A DNA stretch of 64,000 nt. It comes from the human T2T-CHM13v2.0 reference genome, Homo sapiens. The notes beneath the pieces are model-generated. The model saw nothing but the letters and a program-made list of their open reading frames with translations, did no database searches and was not told where the DNA came from. Made by a program: the position numbers and the translations under genes. Each line of letters opens with the position of its first letter. Position 1 is the first letter of the stretch. Of the stretch, positions 58,483 to 64,000 are shown in pieces. Location: the NCBI RefSeq assembly GCF_009914755.1, contig NC_060934.1, one strand, 5' to 3'.

Positions 58483-59300
58483 TGAAATGGGAAAGGTTCC
58501 CTTGTTCCCCTTGCAGGGTGTGCGATGGGGGTGTGGCTTGCTTCTTCAGTGCCCCGATGCTCAAACTAGCCAGGGGAGCATACAGACGAGCAGGCTGGGG
58601 GGCTCTGACCCCATGGCAGTGTCTAGGGGTGAATGTTTCCAGCTCCTGACGCTGCAGTGGACATGTGCTACCATATGTTCTTACTTTGCCATCTATAGGT
58701 GGCTTATGTTCACCAGCTCAATTAGACCTTGTTGCAAGGACAGAGGGCATTCCGTATCCAGGATTCTTGCCTTGGTGCACCGGAAGAATCGAATCAAACC
58801 TGGGCTTGGAGAATGACTGCAATGTTTTATTGTGTGGAGGTAGCTCCGGGGAAGTCAGAGGGGGATGGAGTGGGAAGGTTTTCCTCTGGAGTCAGGCCAC
58901 TTGGCAGCCTGGTCTCTCCAACTGCCCTGGCCAAACTCCACGTCGTTCTGCCGATCGGTCGGTGTCCTTCTGGCGTGCTGGTGACTGTCGGAGCGTTGCT
59001 CACCACGTCCAGCTGCCCGTGTGTTCCTCCACTGATGTGCTCCTCTTGATGTCCACCTGCCTGTGTGCCTGCCTGCTAGAGTCTCAGGGTTTTTATAGGC
59101 ACAGGATGTGACAGGGGTGTGACAGGCCAGGGGAGGTCTTGGGAAATGCAACATTTAGGCAGGAAATTCCTGTCCTCACCTAGGTCCGTGGGGGTGGAGC
59201 CCTAGCCAGGGACCACACCCTCCTGTACCCAGCACTTCCCTTCCCCCTTCCCTATCATTTAAAGGGACCACACCCTTCCCCTCCCAGCACTTCCGTATCA
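58483..59300 (-). mobile_element. MER50-like ERV1 solo LTR with TSD TAAG
   Basis: TG...CA termini, TAAG on both sides; reverse complement begins tgatacggaagtgctggg. Confidence 0.78.
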
Positions 59301-59489
59301 TAAGGATATACCAAGATTTTATTAATCTTTTTAAAGAACCGAATCCTGGATTTGCCAATTTGAACTTTTTTCTGTTTTCTATTTTGTTGACTTCTATTCT
59401 TATTTTTATTATTTTCTTAATTATATTTATTTTTGTTTAAATTTACTTACAGTTTTCCAGCTCTGGCTGTGACAATGTGGATTACTGGT

Positions 59490-59996
59490 GCCATTGTTAA
59501 TTTTAGGTCCATTTGACTGGGCTAAGGGATGCCCAAGTAGCTGGTAAAAGATTGTTTCTGGGTGTGTTTCTGGAAGAGATCAGTGTTTGAATCCATAGAC
59601 CGAGTCAAGAGGGTCTGCCCTCCCCAGTGTGGGCATCATGCAATCTGCCAAGGACCTGCATAGAACACAGACATGGAGGACAGGAAAACTCTCTCTGCTG
59701 GAGGTGGAACATCTCTCTTCTCCTGCCTTCAAACACTGGCCTCGGTGATTCTTGGGCCTTCAAACTTGAACTGAATTACACCGTGACCAGCTCTCCCTGT
59801 TCTCCAGCCTGCAGATGGCAGACCATGGGACTTCTCTGCCTTAATAATTATGTGTGCCAATTCCTATAATAGATTTTCTCTCTCTCCATCAATAATCAAT
59901 CATGTATCCATCCATCCATCCATCCTTCCCTGTCTCTCTATCTTTCTATCTATCATCTATCTATGTTATGTTTATCTAGAGAACCCTGACTAATAA
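59490..59996 (+). mobile_element. MLT2 (ERVL) LTR
   Basis: ttgactgggctaagggatgccca...tctccagcctgcagatggcagaccatgggacttctc...gagaaccctgactaata. Confidence 0.8.
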
Positions 59997-60049
59997 AATT
60001 GGTTTTGAATTTCATTCTTTAAAGCAGTTAAATTAAAATGAAACAGAAA

Positions 60050-61905
60050 AGACATTTCTCGTATCTTCACTATCAATTTGAAATTTTTTTTAATCTTTCT
60101 GTTTTGACCCAGTTTATTCAGAAGCATTTTTCTTAATTGCCATGTATCTGGCAGGGCAGGAGACTTTCCTGGATATCTTACTGGCATTGATTTTTAATTT
60201 AATTCCACAGTGATCAGAGAACACACCATACAACTTCAATGTTTTGAAATTTATTGACACTTGATTTTGGCTCAACATATCAACTATTTTGGCAAGTTTT
60301 CAATGTGTACATGGAAAGAACGTGTATTCTGCAGTTATTAGGCGATGTGTTCTGTGAATGCCATTAGGTCAATGTGGATTATAGTGTTACTTAGATCTGT
60401 GTCCTTACTGCTTGTTTTGTCTACTTGTTTTATCCATTAGTAAGGGAAGAGTGTGAAAATATCCAACTAGGTTTGTGAATTTGTATATTTCTCATTTTAA
60501 TACTGTCAGTTTTTGCTTTATGTATTTTGAAGTGCTCTCATTAGGTGCATACACCTTTATGATTCTTATGTCTTACTAATACATTGACCCTCTATCTCTG
60601 GTAATACTCTTTGTCTTAAATCCGTTTTGTCTGATGTTAATATACTTACTCTGGGTTTTTAATGTTTTTGTTGGCACTTTAATCTTTTCTCATCCTTTTG
60701 CTTTCTCACTATGTCACTTTGCATTCAAAATATGTCTCTCCTATAAATAGCATATAGCTGGGTTTTGCTTTTTTATTTTTAAAACTTCAGTCCGATAACC
60801 TCTCCCTTTTAATTGGAGGAATTAGTTCATTTATACTTAATGTAATTATTGATAAGATTGACTCTATGTCTATCATTCTGTTATTTGCTTCCCTTTGCAT
60901 CCCTTCTATTTTTTATTCTCTGTTCCTTCCTTCCTGTCTTTTAAAGAGTTAATTAAATATATTTAATCTTCCTAGTGCTTTTTCACCTCTGCTTCTTTGC
61001 ACAAGTATTTTAATGTGTGCTCTTAGTATTGGAATATACATGCTTAACTTTCCACAGTCTACTTAGAGTTAATATTGAGCCACTTCTCAAATGTGAGGAC
61101 CTTACAACAGGGCAGCTCCATTTCCCACCCTGTCCTTTGTGCCATTGCTTCATATATTTTAAATCTACTTACATCACAAACTTCAAAATCTGTTATAATT
61201 TTTATTTGAAATAGTCATATGTCTTTTAAAGAATCAAGAGACTAAAAATACAATATTTTATATTTGCTTATGTACTTGCTGTGTCTGGTGTGCTTCATGT
61301 CGGGTTTGAAAATCCAGTTTCCATCTGGTGTCAGTTCCCTTCAGCCTAAAAACTTCCTTTACCGTATCTTAGAGCAAAAGTCTGCTGGTTACAAATTCTT
61401 TAAATTTTTACTTATCAGAAAATATTTCTATTTTGCCTTTATTTTTTAAAAGGCTGTATTTGCTGGATGTAGAATTTGGGGTTGAAGGGTCTTTCCTTCA
61501 TCACCTTGAGGACATTGCTCTCTCTCCCGAGGGGAAGAAGTTGGCTGTCATTCGTGTCATTGCTCTCCTTGGTGTGATTTGTCATTTCACCCTGGCTGCT
61601 CTAAAGATTTTTCTCTTTGTTTTTGGTGTTTAGGAGTCTGGTGATGATGTGCAGTTATCATGTGTAGTGTTTATTCTGCTTTGGATTTGCTGGGCTTCTT
61701 TAATATATAAATATATGTTTTCATAAAACTTAGGGCCGTTATTTCTTTAAAAATGTTTCCACCTCATTGTCTTTCTTCTCTACTTCTGGGACTCCAAATA
61801 CACGTGTGTTAGACACTTATATTGTTAAACTCCATTTATTTTTTAAAATCGTTTTTTCTCTCTGTTCTTCAAATTGAATAATTTCTATTGGTCGGGTTTG
61901 GAGTT
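60050..61905 (-). mobile_element. Old L1M ORF2 fragment
   Basis: T-rich; gaaagaacgtgtattctgcagtt, ttaggtgcatacac and tctgggactccaaatacacgtgtgttagac L1 motifs. Confidence 0.75.
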
Positions 61906-64000
61906 GCTGATACATCACTGGGGGTCCCAGGTGTGCAGGGGCAAGGGCTGAGCTGGAGTTGGGGCTCCAGTCAGGATGATGACTAAACCTCATTCCAGAT
62001 GGGTTCACTCATGGGAGCCGGCGGGACCCCTTTCAGCTCCCATTTGCAGTCAGGGCTCTTTGCTGCAGAAGCACCTGGGTGTCATCCATGCCAGTCGTCC
62101 TGGGACGAAGTGAGCGGTGGCCACTGTGCCATGAGTGGTGCACCCTGCTGCCTGGGGTGGGCACGACGCCCACCGCTCGGCCCCCACTGGGCCTCAGCCC
62201 CCAAGGCACCCACGCTCCTCTGTGAGGGTCACCCAGCCTGCATGGCATCGTTAGGCTGCCCCAGGAAGGGGCAGGGTGCCCTCAGAGCTGGGACCCCTGG
62301 AGTGGCCAGCAGCAGCACTGGGGGACTGACCAGGGTGGGTCGGTGCTCATGGCAACCACTAGTACCCGATGGCTCCCTCCATGCTCAGGAGGAGGGAGGA
62401 GCTCTGCCCGGCTGAGAACAGCCTGACTCTGTTGCACATACCACAATTCCAGGGTCAGGACGCCTCCTCCCCACTAGCTGTGCTGACCTGGGAGCAGCAG
62501 GTTCGGCCCTCACCCCAGGTAGGACGTGCCCCCTCCTTGATATGCCCACTTCAGCGAATCACGTGTGGCCTGAGGGCTCTGCTCAAGGGCCCTAGCCAGG
62601 AAACAGCCTGCTGGGAGGCCAACCAGGTGCCCCCACACCTGTGGTGGACATTGACTCCCTCCAGGCGGTGGCTGAGGGCAGCCCCAGCCAAGTCTGTGCC
62701 AGCCGAGGCTGCTGGGGACCCTTCCTCTCCCCCTTCCCTGTTCTGTTCTTCCTTCCCACCCTTCCTCCTCCCTCCCTCCTTTTCTTTTTTTGGGTTTCAC
62801 CTTAGACTAAGTAAACACACTGGCCTGAATTATGTAAGCCCCTCTTGCAGCCTGGGCAGATACATTTAAAAATAAAACTTGTCAGGTGTTGTTACCTTCC
62901 AGCCTCCTCAAAGCTGAGCTCTCCAATCTCAGGACTATTTACAGCCACACCAGCAGCAGTGCTGACTCGGCACCACAGGCGCGGCCTCTTGTGGGGAAGG
63001 AGCAGGGACCCTCCACCGTGCTTGGTTTCTTTCCCCACCTTCCTCTCGGTGGGGCTGGGAGTGGGGTGATTTGGAAACACTCAGAGGGTTTAGACATGAA
63101 TGAGTCTGGTCGAATTCCCCACTCTGGACAGCGAGTCCAGGCACTGCCTGGCGGTCTGGTCGGGGTTCCTGGGGGGAGGTTCAGAGCAGGGTATGGCAGG
63201 AGCAAGACCCGGGTGTCTTGTGTCCCCGAAAGGAGCAAGAGGAGGCAGCAGGAAACCCGGACGGCGCTGAGCGGAGGCCTGGGCGCACGTCCTGGAGGAA
63301 GAGGCATCGTTACCGGGAGTGCCCGAGGCACAGTGCACAGATGGGCTGGTACAGGGTCCTGGGAGCACTGCGGGACCGGGCAGGGCTCTGCTGAGCCTCA
63401 GGAGAGGGAGGGCGCTGGTTCCCGCATCCTGTCCCCCTCCCCTGGTGATCTGCCAAGGGGAGCAGCCCAGGGAGGGGGAGCTGGGAGTCAGGGAGCGCTG
63501 TCCTTCATGAGTACAAATCCAAATCCCAGGCCGGCTCCCCAGGAGCATAGGCTGCAAGGACAGGGCACCAGCTGTTTATTTGGGTCAGGACTCAGGGGAA
63601 GGGGAAGATCACCCCAGGAGCAGAGCTGTCCACCCACTTGGTCCCTGGATCCCCCAGGTCCTGGAGGGCCTGACCTCAAGGAACTGACTCTGCCTGGGCT
63701 GGTAGGGCTCTGACCCCTGGCTTCCGTGCGGCCAGAGACCGCCAAACACGAGTGAGGGGCAGTTTAATTGTCTGCTGTGGTCTTAAAAACCAGGAGGCCC
63801 AGAGTCGCAGCAATCGGCCGTGCTTCTTTAGAGGCCCCTCCCTCCGCCTCCCACAGGGCAGCCACTCCAGCACCCCTTTCAGGTTCTTCCCCAGCCCAGG
63901 CCCTGCTCCCTGGCCCTCCCTCTTGCTACTGGTTCCCGACACTCACGTTCCTCCCACGGGACCACGACTGAGACAGCACACGAGGGCCCACTGTGAGTAT

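Noticed and set aside
62886-63713. 275-aa Gly-rich ORF
   Set aside because: Non-ATG start, composition typical of chance ORFs in GC-rich DNA, no recognisable homology.

Overview
This is GC-rich primate (human-like) genomic DNA, not prokaryotic. The left half (181-33933, minus strand) holds the first 22 coding exons of CFAP46/TTC40, a TPR-like motile-cilia central-pair protein at 10q26.3. I spliced the exons by hand at GT-AG boundaries into one uninterrupted 2924-nt frame (974 codons plus 2 nt, [23 protein letters not shown]...KYLKKFG); the gene continues off the left edge. A CpG-island promoter with an RFX X-box lies at about 33.6-34.9 kb. The introns are crowded with minisatellites, one of which is a tandem amplification of the exon-16 splice donor. 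The right half is non-coding upstream sequence: more VNTRs, a dense nested transposon block (three MER4 solo LTRs; old L1 > LTR8 > L1PA; MER34, MER50, MER66, MLT1/2, Alus) and a 140-150 bp inverted duplication. From memory this region also hosts the lncRNAs LINC01166/01167/01168, whose exons I cannot resolve. Nearly all long ORFs in the track are repeat artefacts. Repeat subfamily names come from recalled consensus sequences and need RepeatMasker/Dfam confirmation. I found no convincing wholly new multi-gene system; the best leads are regulatory or splicing oddities.
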